Source: an uncultured delta proteobacterium
GTDB taxonomy: Bacteria > Desulfobacterota > BSN033 > UBA1163
Length of the DNA: 64,000 bases
Assembly: GCA_963827685.1 (NCBI GenBank)
Contig: CAWHBU010000004.1
Coordinates: 817,708-881,707, forward strand
Reading direction: 5' to 3'
Both the position numbers and the translations under genes were made by a program. The notes beneath the pieces were generated by a model. That model had not been told where the DNA came from and did no database searches. It worked only from the letters and a program-made list of their open reading frames with translations. Position 1 is the stretch's first letter; each line of letters starts with the position of its first letter. Positions 29,596 to 38,853 of this stretch are shown piece by piece.

Positions 29596-30624
29596 ATGTA
29601 TGCCTTAAAATTCGATAAAAATGTTTGTGCCACATGTCCATCGGCCGATTGTCTCTTAAAGTGCCAATACTTGGTATTTAATAAAAACGAGGCACATGAG
29701 GAGATGATGAAGGTTGTTAAAGGGGAAGACTCCCGTGTATTACAAGAATGTGTAACGTGTTACGCCTGCGAAGAATATTGCAAGAGAGGAAATCATCCTT
29801 TCTATCTCATCAGCGAACGTAGAGAAGAGAAAGGCATATACACTGCCCCGAGACCCATTACCAACCAATGGATTAACATGACCCAGATGCAGGGCAAGTC
29901 GATGGTCGGGAAAATTAAGGATCAGGCGCTTTCTTCCTGTCTCATTCCTGCCCTGGGTGGATTGGGATCCGGGGAAATCTTCAAGGATGTTGCTTCGGCT
30001 ATGGTTTTCGGCGCAGAGTTCATGTGTCCTGCCGTTCACACCCATTTTGCAAAGATGTCGGTCATCAAAGAGAGGCTTCCCGTCGTCATCGAAAATTTTA
30101 ATAAATTGGGCGTAAAGGAAGTCATATGTCTGCATGATGAATGTTATGGCACTTACACCTCCATTGCGTCCGCCTATGGCATGAACGTGCCATTTCAACC
30201 CATCTACTATATGGACTTCTTATTGGACAGGCTGAAGGAATTGAAGGACAAGATAAAACCACTCAACATCAAGGCAGCCTATCAGCGTCCTTGCTCCAAC
30301 AGACTGATCCCTGACAAACACCCTCTTGTCAAAAAAATACTGGATTTCATAGGCGTTGAGCTTGCCGACAGAGAGTATCAAGACGAGAACTGTCTGTGTT
30401 GTGCAGACATTCTCCGGTCGGTCTCTGGATACAGATTGGCGAACGACGTACAGCAGAGGAATATAGAGGATATGCTGAAAACTGGCGCCAAGTACTGTGT
30501 ATTTAACTGCCCGGCTTGTCAGTCCACTCTATCTGAAAAAGTTGCAAAAAAGGGGTTAAGACCGATCCATATCATAGACTTGTGTAAGATGGCCATAGGC
30601 GAGAAGGAAAGGGAGGTGCAGTAA
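29596..30624 (+). CDS. (Fe-S)-binding CCG-domain protein (HdrD/GlcF-like)
   Basis: CATCPSADC, CVTCYACEEYC, YQRPC, CLCC, NCPAC; start MYALK follows an AAGGAGG RBS. Confidence 0.82.
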   Translation: MYALKFDKNVCATCPSADCLLKCQYLVFNKNEAHEEMMKVVKGEDSRVLQECVTCYACEEYCKRGNHPFYLISERREEKGIYTAPRPITNQWINMTQMQGKSMVGKIKDQALSSCLIPALGGLGSGEIFKDVASAMVFGAEFMCPAVHTHFAKMSVIKERLPVVIENFNKLGVKEVICLHDECYGTYTSIASAYGMNVPFQPIYYMDFLLDRLKELKDKIKPLNIKAAYQRPCSNRLIPDKHPLVKKILDFIGVELADREYQDENCLCCADILRSVSGYRLANDVQQRNIEDMLKTGAKYCVFNCPACQSTLSEKVAKKGLRPIHIIDLCKMAIGEKEREVQ

Positions 30625-30625
30625 G

Positions 30626-32005
30626 ATGAGCGATATCCTTAAGTCTTTAATTGAGATATTAGGAGATCGAGGCGTTTCGAATTCACCGGAAGAACTCTGG
30701 TTTTATTCGAGAGACCCTGGGGTATTGGCGCCCCACCTGCCGGACTATGTGGTGGCGCCCGAAACGACCGAGCAGGTGCAAAAGGTAGTCCAGTTGGCTA
30801 ACAGGGAGCGGATTCCGATCGTTCCCATGGGAAATGGCATGGCCTTGACCGGCCTCGTGATCCCATTAAAAGGCGGCATTGTCATGGATATGAAGCGGAT
30901 GAATAAGATATTGGAGGTGAATGAAAAAGCCAGATATGCCGTTGTGGAAGGGGGCACCTCTCAAGGCGTTCTCAAGGCCTACCTGCAAGATCATTATCCC
31001 CGTCTCAGGCACAGCCTTCCCGACGCACCACCCGTCACGACCATCGCCGCCAATGTGGCCCTCCATGGTCAGGGTCGCCTGACCCAGCAATATGGTTTCA
31101 ATTCCGATATGGTGACCGGCCTGGAAGTCGTGCTGCCCACGGGAGACATCTGCAAGATTGGCTCGCCTTCCTTAGGGCCTTACTGGTTTTCAAAAGGGCC
31201 CACGCTTCCTGATCTGTCCGGACTCTTCTTGGGTTGGCTGGGTACCACCGGCATTTTTACCAAAGTGGGTTTGAAACTCTATCCCAATAAGAAATTTAGA
31301 GATGTTGAATTATTCGTCACGGACAGGGTCGAGTTGGTTTCGGAAATTTTATACAAACTCACCCATCTTGAGATGCTGGAAGACATAAACGTCTGGTTCC
31401 AGCCGAAGCCCTTAATGTTCAAGGATAACTTCCATATCACGATTTACTTTACCGGTGACACGGAAGAGGAGATTGAGTTCAAAAGAAAGATGATTTGGGA
31501 TGCGGTTCAGGAGTTTATCGATACGAAAGACGGCGGATTCATGGGATTGCAGTTTATGAAAGAAAGGCTTCTGGAAATGCCCCAGAGGGGTGTAGCGGAC
31601 TTTGCCGATGTGCCCAAGGGTGGCGGCTTCGAATATTCTGGGCCCATCACTCTGGTTGAGCACTTTCCCCAGTATGCCGCCAAGGTGATCGAACTGGCCG
31701 CTAAATACAATGTCCTCTATGCCAGCTCGGCAAGAATCATATCGGGAGGCCACTCCATGATGTTCAGTATCTCCTTTGCCTTTAACCGGAAGGATCCGGC
31801 GATGATGAACAGGGTGAAAAATGCGTTAGACGAGGCGACTGAATTTGCCCTGGAGATGGGAGGAATCCCGTGGAAGCCCAATTTTATGGAACAGAAAATG
31901 ACCATGCAAAAGATGGATCCCAACACACTCAAGTTACTCCAGATGGTTAAGAGAAACTTAGATCCGCAGGGAATCATGAATCCCGGGAATTGGGAGGTGA
32001 GCTGA
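30626..32005 (+). CDS. FAD-linked oxidase (GlcD/D-lactate dehydrogenase-like)
   Basis: PDYVVAPETTEQV, GIVMDMKRMNKI, VTGLEVVLPTG, DPQGIMNPG. Confidence 0.88.
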   Translation: MSDILKSLIEILGDRGVSNSPEELWFYSRDPGVLAPHLPDYVVAPETTEQVQKVVQLANRERIPIVPMGNGMALTGLVIPLKGGIVMDMKRMNKILEVNEKARYAVVEGGTSQGVLKAYLQDHYPRLRHSLPDAPPVTTIAANVALHGQGRLTQQYGFNSDMVTGLEVVLPTGDICKIGSPSLGPYWFSKGPTLPDLSGLFLGWLGTTGIFTKVGLKLYPNKKFRDVELFVTDRVELVSEILYKLTHLEMLEDINVWFQPKPLMFKDNFHITIYFTGDTEEEIEFKRKMIWDAVQEFIDTKDGGFMGLQFMKERLLEMPQRGVADFADVPKGGGFEYSGPITLVEHFPQYAAKVIELAAKYNVLYASSARIISGGHSMMFSISFAFNRKDPAMMNRVKNALDEATEFALEMGGIPWKPNFMEQKMTMQKMDPNTLKLLQMVKRNLDPQGIMNPGNWEVS

Positions 32006-32006
32006 T

Positions 32007-33185
32007 ATGGAATATGAACATTTAATAGAGCATGCGGAGATCGTTCATCGTTGTTTTCGCTGCGGATACTGCAAATTTCCTGGAGATTATGTTGACTTCA
32101 ATTGCCCATCTTACAAGGCCTTCGGATGGGACACCTATTCACCAGGCGGGAGAATGTGGCTCATCAGGGCCTGGCTCAATGATGAGATCGATACAAGCCC
32201 GCATTTTGCCGAGATCCTTTATTCCTGTGTGGCTTGCGACAATTGTAAAGATCAATGTGTCTTTCCGAAATTTAAGGATATCTTGCCTGATATCTTTCAA
32301 GAGACCAAGGCGGGATTGGTGACAGAGGGCAAAATTCCCCCGGCGGTCAGGGATTATTTCAAGGCGATCATTACGAATGGCAATCCTTTCAAGGCGCCAC
32401 AAAAGCTAAGGGGGAAATGGGCGGAGGGAACTGAAATCCAGCCATTTTCCAACCAGGAGTATCTCTTCTATGTGGGCTGTGTCGGCTCCTACGATGAGAT
32501 AGGGATAGAGATGGCCCGATCCGTGGGGACGTTGCTCCATGAATCCGGTTTGTCAATAGGTATATTAGGCAGCCAGGAGACCTGCGACGGGAACGAGGTT
32601 AAGGTCCTTGGAGAGACCGGGCTCTTTTCTCAGTTGGCTGAAGATAACATCCGTAAATTCAAAGAAAAAGGTGTGAAGAAGATCATCACCCTGGACCCTC
32701 ATGCTCTGAATGCCTTCAAGAAGGAGTATCCAAAGCTGGGAGGAAACTTTAACGTCTCTCATTATACTGAAATTCTGGCCGGGCTGATCAAAGAAAAACG
32801 AATCGCTCTTTCCGATTACAGGGCGAAAGTGACTTACCATGATCCCTGTTATTTGGGTAGGCATAATCTGATCTATGCTCCACCGCGAGAGATATTGAAG
32901 AGTGTCCCTGGCCTTGAACTGGTAGAAATGCGTAGGAACAATGTGAGCGCTTTTTGCTGCGGAGGTGGAGGCGGCAACTTCTTTACAGATATTTTAGGAG
33001 CGGGGGACAACAGCGCGAACAGAGTTCGAATCAGGGAAGCCATCGAGACAGGTGCCCGGATCATAGCAGTAGCCTGTCCGAGTTGCGCCAAGATGCTGAC
33101 GGACGCAGTTAAAATGGAAGAGCAGGAAGACAAACTGGAAGTTCGGAATATAGCCGAAATTGTTTGGAGAGCCCGCTCAAAGTAA
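32007..33185 (+). CDS. (Fe-S)-binding CCG-domain oxidoreductase subunit
   Basis: CFRCGYC, CVACDNCKDQC, VTYHDPCYLGRH, FCCGGGGG, ACPSC. Confidence 0.88.
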   Translation: MEYEHLIEHAEIVHRCFRCGYCKFPGDYVDFNCPSYKAFGWDTYSPGGRMWLIRAWLNDEIDTSPHFAEILYSCVACDNCKDQCVFPKFKDILPDIFQETKAGLVTEGKIPPAVRDYFKAIITNGNPFKAPQKLRGKWAEGTEIQPFSNQEYLFYVGCVGSYDEIGIEMARSVGTLLHESGLSIGILGSQETCDGNEVKVLGETGLFSQLAEDNIRKFKEKGVKKIITLDPHALNAFKKEYPKLGGNFNVSHYTEILAGLIKEKRIALSDYRAKVTYHDPCYLGRHNLIYAPPREILKSVPGLELVEMRRNNVSAFCCGGGGGNFFTDILGAGDNSANRVRIREAIETGARIIAVACPSCAKMLTDAVKMEEQEDKLEVRNIAEIVWRARSK

Positions 33186-33272
33186 ACCCCGTTAGAAATT
33201 CCAGTCGTTGCGACTCGAAACCGAGCGGGGCATTAAACCCCGCCGGAATTATTTAGAATGTAATCCCGCGCC
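33184..33272. repeat. Partial MITE/REP-like element (CCCCGTTAGAAA end)
   Basis: AAACCCCGTTAGAAAT start with internal hairpins; overlaps the 3' end of the C-GCAxxG gene. Confidence 0.4.
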
Positions 33273-33746
33273 CTTCTCATCCTCGAATTCGTAAAGCTTC
33301 TCGATGATGTACTGAATATATTTCTCGCACTTGTCCTTCGAAACCCCTGATTCACGAAACTTCTGGTACTCGCCGGGCTTGGAGAAATCTATGCCCAGAA
33401 GGCCACGACAGGTGATGTCACCAAACTGTTTCGTGAAATCCCTGACCAATTTGCCTGAATAGTGACGGGCAGTATTTCTTGCCTGCTCCGCCTTCTCCTT
33501 GTCCGTGAGGGAACAACGGTGTCTCAGCCCAAGGCTTATCGCTGACGCAGAGACCGCGCCGCACGGGGCTTGTTGTTCTCCACTGATCCCTCCCATGAAC
33601 GGAATGCCTGCCCAAAGGAAATCCTCATTAGCCAAATCATATGCTTCCCACATAACTTGCAGGACCGATGGGCCTCAGTGATAACCCCTACGCATAAATT
33701 CCAATGCGCGGCCTTTTGCTTCTTCAAGAGATATTTTTGTCGGCAT
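33249..33746 (-). CDS. C-GCAxxG-C-C family redox protein, selenocysteine form (UGA at 33675-33677)
   Basis: AGGGGG RBS, then MPTKISLEEAKGRALEFMRRGYH-U-GPSVLQV in frame with ORF 33249..33653 (PCGAVSA, TCRGLLG, KCEKYI). Confidence 0.85.
33633..33659 (-). promoter_or_regulatory. Candidate SECIS hairpin
   Basis: 15 nt after the UGA: CAAGU-UAUGU-GGGAA-GCAUA-UG-AUUUG with a G-initiated apical loop. Confidence 0.6.
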
Positions 33747-33836
33747 GTTTAAACCCCCTTTATAAAATAAGGACACACCCTCTTGAATTTTGGGTGATGA
33801 CCGGGATAGGCTAAGAATGAAAAATGGGATGTGTTC

Positions 33837-34622
33837 CTATTTCACTTGTAAATCAACTTCTTCAAATTTATCATCTCTAAAGAGTAAGATCCTGAGCGAA
33901 TCGTCCGGCTTCGCCGTATCAGACATTTCTTCAAATTCTTGAACACTTCCCACTTCTTTTGCGTTGACTTTAGTAATGATGTCCCCAGCTTTGATTCCAG
34001 AGGTTTCTGAGACACTGCCCGGGAGGACCTCTGCCACCAACACCCCTTTCTTCCCCTTGAAGTTAAAGTTGGAGGCTAAGGCAGGGGTCAGTTCCTGAAT
34101 TCGAATTCCAAATCGTTCTCCAAAGGCAATCTTTTGGGTGAGGGCGATTCCCTGTTCATTGAGAATCTTGGTAGAGACATAGATCGGAGTTTTAGACTTT
34201 AATGCGAGGATAATCGCATCGCTGGGTCGAGCGTCAACCTCGATCACTCCTTTTTTCATTTTTAGAAAGAGAATTGCATAGTAAGTGTTATCTTTTACGT
34301 CAACAATTCTTACTTCCTTCACCTCGACTTGAGCTTGAGTCAGAATCGAATGGAGGAGGTCATGAGTCAAGGGTCTCGTGGAGGTGATGTTTTTTAATTC
34401 CTTATCGATTGCATTGGCTTCAAGAAGGCCGATCCAAATGGGTAGCGCCTTCGCACCCTCCTTATCCACAAGGATGACCACCGGGCTCTGTCCGATGGCA
34501 TCCAGCCTCACCCCTTTCACCTCCATTTCAATGAAAGGCGGAGGTGTTTCTTTACTGATAGCGATGAGCACCAAGGAGATAAGCAGAACAACTGCAAGGC
34601 CGATCTTCCAATATCTTCTCAT
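33837..34622 (-). CDS. DUF151 bifunctional-nuclease domain fused to a PDZ domain, with N-terminal signal/anchor
   Basis: LPIWIGLLEANAI, RPLTHDLL, VDARPSDAIILAL; then a DegP-like PDZ (GIRIQELTPALA, GVLVAEV..GS, GIKAGDIITKVN). Confidence 0.82.
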   Translation of the reverse strand: MRRYWKIGLAVVLLISLVLIAISKETPPPFIEMEVKGVRLDAIGQSPVVILVDKEGAKALPIWIGLLEANAIDKELKNITSTRPLTHDLLHSILTQAQVEVKEVRIVDVKDNTYYAILFLKMKKGVIEVDARPSDAIILALKSKTPIYVSTKILNEQGIALTQKIAFGERFGIRIQELTPALASNFNFKGKKGVLVAEVLPGSVSETSGIKAGDIITKVNAKEVGSVQEFEEMSDTAKPDDSLRILLFRDDKFEEVDLQVK

Positions 34623-35068
34623 GAGCTTTTCCTCTTTTTAATTGTTCTCTGCCTGAGTATGGCCATCAAACCAATGATCATCTTTTGTCCATCCCGCTTC
34701 GTCATGGGTTCCGGCCTTCTAATGATACGCTGACAGAAAGCGCGGTAATGTCCTACATCCCAGTTCAATTTTTCCAAAAGGTAAGAGACAAAGCCCAGTT
34801 GGCTCGAAGTAATCGCTTCCTGACCCAGAGGGCTATCCGGGGGAATGAGTCGTCCTTTCGGTACAGGCTGATAGGGGTCAGGGAGAAGGCCTTTGAATCC
34901 CATCTCTTGAAACCGTCTCATCACCTTCTCAAAACCTTCTTCCGTCAACTGGGCTGAACTCTCCACTCCTGCCACCCCTTTAAGAATCTGTCGATAGGAA
35001 TCCTCATCAAGATGAAGGTCCTCTTTGGCGATATGAACAATGGCCTTCTTTTTTCTACCAATAGGCAT
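34619..35068 (-). CDS. Mu GemA-like (DUF1018) protein
   Basis: VHIAKEDLHLDEDSYRQIL..VAGVESSAQL....FEKV...F..MGF; C-terminal K.IIGL. Confidence 0.75.
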   Translation of the reverse strand: MPIGRKKKAIVHIAKEDLHLDEDSYRQILKGVAGVESSAQLTEEGFEKVMRRFQEMGFKGLLPDPYQPVPKGRLIPPDSPLGQEAITSSQLGFVSYLLEKLNWDVGHYRAFCQRIIRRPEPMTKRDGQKMIIGLMAILRQRTIKKRKSS

Positions 35069-35204
35069 TTACCTCATTATACCCCAAAAGGGACGGAAAA
35101 AGAAAATTCATCATTTGGAAGTTCAATAACGCGCATAGGGCAAAGACATAAAAAATTTCTTGCAAATATCGTTTGAGGCGTAAGATACTATATAAGAATT
35201 GATC

Positions 35205-36141
35205 ATGAGATTCCGCGTTTTATTTTTGCTCTTCTTCTTTCTGCCTTTCTCCCTGTTAATGATCGGGGATGGAAGAATATCGGGCGAGAAGGTTATGATA
35301 TCGATAGAAAATCTGAAAGGGCATGTGCAAAGTATCCATTTCGATCGAAGTCCTTATCATCACTATCTTGAATTGGAGCAAGCAGCACAATATATTAAGA
35401 GAGAATTTCTCAATATCGGATTGGACGTGAAAGAGGACCATTTTCAATGGGAAGGGAAAACTTATAAAAATATCGTGGCGGAAAAGAAAGGGATAATCTC
35501 TCCCCATAGAGTTCTTATCCTGGGGGCTCGATTACGACACCGTTCCGGGTTCTCCGGGAGCGGATGACAATGCCAGTGCCATCGCCGTACTTCTCGAGGT
35601 GGCAAGAAATATTCAAGCTGTTCCTTTAGAGGGTACCGTAAGATTGATTGCCTTCTCCCTTGAAGAATACAGTTATGTCGGCAGTACCCGTTATGTGGAG
35701 AATCTGAAAAAGGGAAGAGAGGAAATCCTCGGGATGATTTCGGTAGAAATGGTGGGATTTACCGGTCCAAGGCAAGATTATCCTCCTTATCTCAATCCCA
35801 AACATTACCCCAATGTAGGAGATTTCATCGCCATCATTGGAAATGAGAGGTCGAAGAAATTGTTGGAAGAAGTTTGTCAGTCTTTCAAAACCCATATTCC
35901 ACAGATCCCTTTAGAATTTATTGTGGTACCTGGGAATGGGGAAGGAATGGAAGAGGTGAGACTGAGTGACCATAGTACCTTCTGGGATCAAGGGATGTCA
36001 GCGCTGATGGTCACAGATACTGGTTTTTTAAGAAACCCGAATTACCACCTCTCTTCAGATAGAATGGAGACGCTCAATTTCGAATTTATGCAAAAAGTGG
36101 CCACAGGAGTTTTTTATTCGGTCGTGGAGTTGGCTAAATGA
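35205..36141 (+). pseudogene. M28 family peptidase interrupted by a +1 frameshift (or sequencing error)
   Basis: Removing G35530 joins the two ORFs as ILGAHYDTVPGSPGADDNASA...FSLEE...SDH...NPNYH. Confidence 0.8.
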
Positions 36142-36614
36142 AAATCGGTGTCATTTCAGATACGCATTTGAGGGAGCCTCACCCTGAATTCAAGAGGATG
36201 ATTGAATTCCATTTCAAGGATGTGGAAAAGATTTTTCATGCAGGAGACTTTGTGGACTGGAGCATCGCAGAGTATCTTTCAAGCCTGAAAGAACTGATTG
36301 CCGTGTGTGGCAATATGGACTCCTACGATATTCGGAAAGCATTTTCTCAGAAGAGGATCGTGGAACTAAAAGGATTTAAGATCGGTCTGATCCATGGGGG
36401 AGGTTTTCCATATGGAATCGAGTTACGCATTCGAGAAGAATTCGATAATGTGGATGCTATCGTTTACGGCCACACCCATACGCCGGCGAATCATCAGGTA
36501 AAAAACGTTTATTTCTTCAATCCCGGCTCTTTCACCCGCTCTTTTACGGATCAAGCCACCCTTGGTGTCCTACACGTTGGAGAGAAGATCGAAGGCGAGA
36601 TCATCAAAATATAA
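36138..36614 (+). CDS. YfcE/MJ0936-type metallophosphoesterase
   Basis: ISDTH, HAGD, GNMD, IHG, GHTH, NPGS. Confidence 0.9.
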   Translation: MKIGVISDTHLREPHPEFKRMIEFHFKDVEKIFHAGDFVDWSIAEYLSSLKELIAVCGNMDSYDIRKAFSQKRIVELKGFKIGLIHGGGFPYGIELRIREEFDNVDAIVYGHTHTPANHQVKNVYFFNPGSFTRSFTDQATLGVLHVGEKIEGEIIKI

Positions 36615-36680
36615 GTATCAAATGAAAATGGAGTGATGGAACATTTCCCCGTTGGGGAGAGGGAGAGGGTGAAGGGAATT

Positions 36681-36884
36681 TTAACGGGGTGTGGGGTCTA
36701 ATGCTCCACCGGTCAGAGTACATTTTGTAAAATCAATCTCCTGATGGCAGCCCCTGCAGGTATGTTTTCTATCAAATTCGTCGGAGAAGATCTCGACTTC
36801 CTTCCCACAGCTCGGGCATTTGCACACGAAAGATTTCAGATCCTTAAACTGCTCAAAGCCTGGACAATGTCTCGGGATGCTCAT
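36681..36884 (-). CDS. Small Cys-rich zinc-ribbon protein
   Basis: 67 aa with an AGGAGG RBS; HCPG, CPSCGKEVEIFSDE, CRGC. Confidence 0.7.
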   Translation of the reverse strand: MSIPRHCPGFEQFKDLKSFVCKCPSCGKEVEIFSDEFDRKHTCRGCHQEIDFTKCTLTGGALDPTPR

Positions 36885-36946
36885 AAATACCTCCTATCCA
36901 AACGATCCATTCATCTTTTTCTGCTCGTAGTCTAAAGTTCATCGTT

Positions 36947-37552
36947 TCATTTCAGTTTCTCCAAAGCCTCCATGAGGTCCTCAAGGGGAGGTCTCTTGTT
37001 GATATCGTGGACGTCGACATAACGAATGATTCCCTTTTTATCGATGACAAACAAAGCCCTTTCGGATACCCCATCGGATCGCAATACTCCATATCTTTTA
37101 GCTACCGCTCCGTGGGGCCAGAAGTCAGAGAGAACTGGGAACCATAGCTGACCCATTTGGTTGGTCCATGCAAAAAGGGTCGGGAGGTTATCAACCGTAA
37201 TTCCAAGTAGGACGGCATCATATCGGTTAAAAATATCTTTCGCAATATTATAGCCAGGCCATTGATCTGAACAGACGGGTGTCCAGGCCGCGGGGACAAA
37301 GGAGAGGACGACATTCTTTTTCCCACGATATTGACCCAAAGAGATTTTTTCTCCGGAAATTGCGGGAAGAGTGAAGTCAGGAGCTGGGTCTCCGACTTTT
37401 ACTTTTAGCTTGCTATCAGTCGGCTTAAGCGTCCCCACCTGATAAATGTTTCCTTTATATACATCTGAAAGGCCAAAGGCCATTGGAACTGAGACAAAGA
37501 CAGATAAAACTCCAATGATCAAAATGATATGGGTAAATCTCTTGTTTTCCAT
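36947..37552 (-). CDS. AhpC/TSA (AhpE-like) peroxiredoxin with N-terminal signal/anchor
   Basis: VGDPAPDFTL, FVPAAWTPVC, LSDFWPHG, ERALFVIDK. Confidence 0.9.
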   Translation of the reverse strand: MENKRFTHIILIIGVLSVFVSVPMAFGLSDVYKGNIYQVGTLKPTDSKLKVKVGDPAPDFTLPAISGEKISLGQYRGKKNVVLSFVPAAWTPVCSDQWPGYNIAKDIFNRYDAVLLGITVDNLPTLFAWTNQMGQLWFPVLSDFWPHGAVAKRYGVLRSDGVSERALFVIDKKGIIRYVDVHDINKRPPLEDLMEALEKLK

Positions 37553-37570
37553 GGTTTTTCCTCCTGCTCC

Positions 37571-38146
37571 CTACATTAATCCGGAAGCTTTGAGTACCAG
37601 TTCTAAAAATGGCTCTGCACCTGGATAATTTCCCAGCTGGGTGTGCACAATTTGGTGAGTCCCGTCCTCATTAATTTTGACAACTACGTAGTAGGGTGTC
37701 CTCACTTCTCCGCAAGCCTTATGGATCGTGAAATCCTTATCCGGGAAAAGTGGGAAAGGGACGTTATACGTTTTCTTGAACACTTCCACTTCATAAGGTG
37801 AATTTCCTGCACCGATCCCGATTAATTTGACTTTGTTCTTAATGTCGGGATGATTTTCAATGAGGCGATACAGCTCATTGACTCCGGGTGCATCCTTCTG
37901 GCAGAAAGGGCAGTACATGCTGAAGATTTCAACAATCACGGCAATTGCTTTGATCTGTGGGATCTTGAAAAGGCCACTGCCGGTAAGCCCCAGATAGTTT
38001 TTTTCATCCGGATTCTTGGGGACGGGAAGATTGATCACTGGGAGCACCTCTCCCTTTTGCGGTGGTTTGTTGTCTGCCAGGGCAGGAAAAACAGTTATCG
38101 AAAACAAGAAAGTGATTATGGCCAAGACCGTCAAATTTTTCTTCAT
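37571..38146 (-). CDS. TlpA-like thioredoxin-fold redoxin, exported
   Basis: Signal peptide; EIFSMYCPFCQ, FPLFPD, VRTPYY; start MKKNL after GGAGG. Confidence 0.82.
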   Translation of the reverse strand: MKKNLTVLAIITFLFSITVFPALADNKPPQKGEVLPVINLPVPKNPDEKNYLGLTGSGLFKIPQIKAIAVIVEIFSMYCPFCQKDAPGVNELYRLIENHPDIKNKVKLIGIGAGNSPYEVEVFKKTYNVPFPLFPDKDFTIHKACGEVRTPYYVVVKINEDGTHQIVHTQLGNYPGAEPFLELVLKASGLM

Positions 38147-38164
38147 TCCTCCATCTCCTTTTAG

Positions 38165-38274
38165 GTCAACCCTTCGGCTCCCCAGCATAAATGCTGGGGC
38201 TTGCTCAGGGTTGACCCTGAGCGGGGCTTATACACCGCCCTAAAGGGCGGAGCTTGGCGCCGCCGAATGGGTCA
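38165..38274. repeat. Multi-hairpin REP/MITE-like element
   Basis: CCCAGCATAAATGCTGGG, GCTCAGGGTTGACCCTGAGC and CCGCCCTAAAGGGCGG hairpins between CCCTTCGGC and GCCGAATGGG ends. Confidence 0.6.
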
Positions 38275-38782
38275 ATTTTTTAAGGGCACTTAATATGGCT
38301 TCATAATCTGGTTCTTTTGTGAGCTCCTTGACTAATTGAATATATTGAATGCTGCCCTGTCCATCCACAAGAAATACCGCTCTTGCCAGCAGCCTCAATT
38401 CCTTTATTAAGACCCCAAACGAGGTACCAAAGGAAGCATCACGATGGTCCGATAATGTTTTAACCTTATCTACACCGGCGGCGGCACACCAGCGTTTCTG
38501 GGCGAAAGGCAAATCCATACTGATGGTTAAGATCAGAAGATCCATGCCCAGCCGACTTGCCTCTTCATTGAATTTCCTTGTCTCGATATCACAGACTGGA
38601 GTGTCAAGAGATGGAACAGAGGAGAGGATACAGATCTTACCCCGGTACGATGAAAATTGAACTGGGGTAAGGTCATTGTCAAGAACCGTAAAGTCCGGCG
38701 CCGTATCTCCCATTTTAACCTCGTTTCCCGTCAAGGTCAGGGGATTCCCCTTCATCGTGATCAGTCCGTGTCGTTCTTTCAT
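38240..38782 (-). CDS. tpx: Thiol peroxidase
   Basis: ITMKGNPLTL, SVPSLDTPVC, ISMDLPFAQKRWC, LLARAVF, EPDYE; start MKERH. Confidence 0.93.
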   Translation of the reverse strand: MKERHGLITMKGNPLTLTGNEVKMGDTAPDFTVLDNDLTPVQFSSYRGKICILSSVPSLDTPVCDIETRKFNEEASRLGMDLLILTISMDLPFAQKRWCAAAGVDKVKTLSDHRDASFGTSFGVLIKELRLLARAVFLVDGQGSIQYIQLVKELTKEPDYEAILSALKKLTHSAAPSSAL

Positions 38783-38853
38783 TTCAACCTCCACCAAAAT
38801 TTCAGAAACGAGACATTTAAATTTTTTTGAGCCAAATTTCAGTGAAATAAGGA

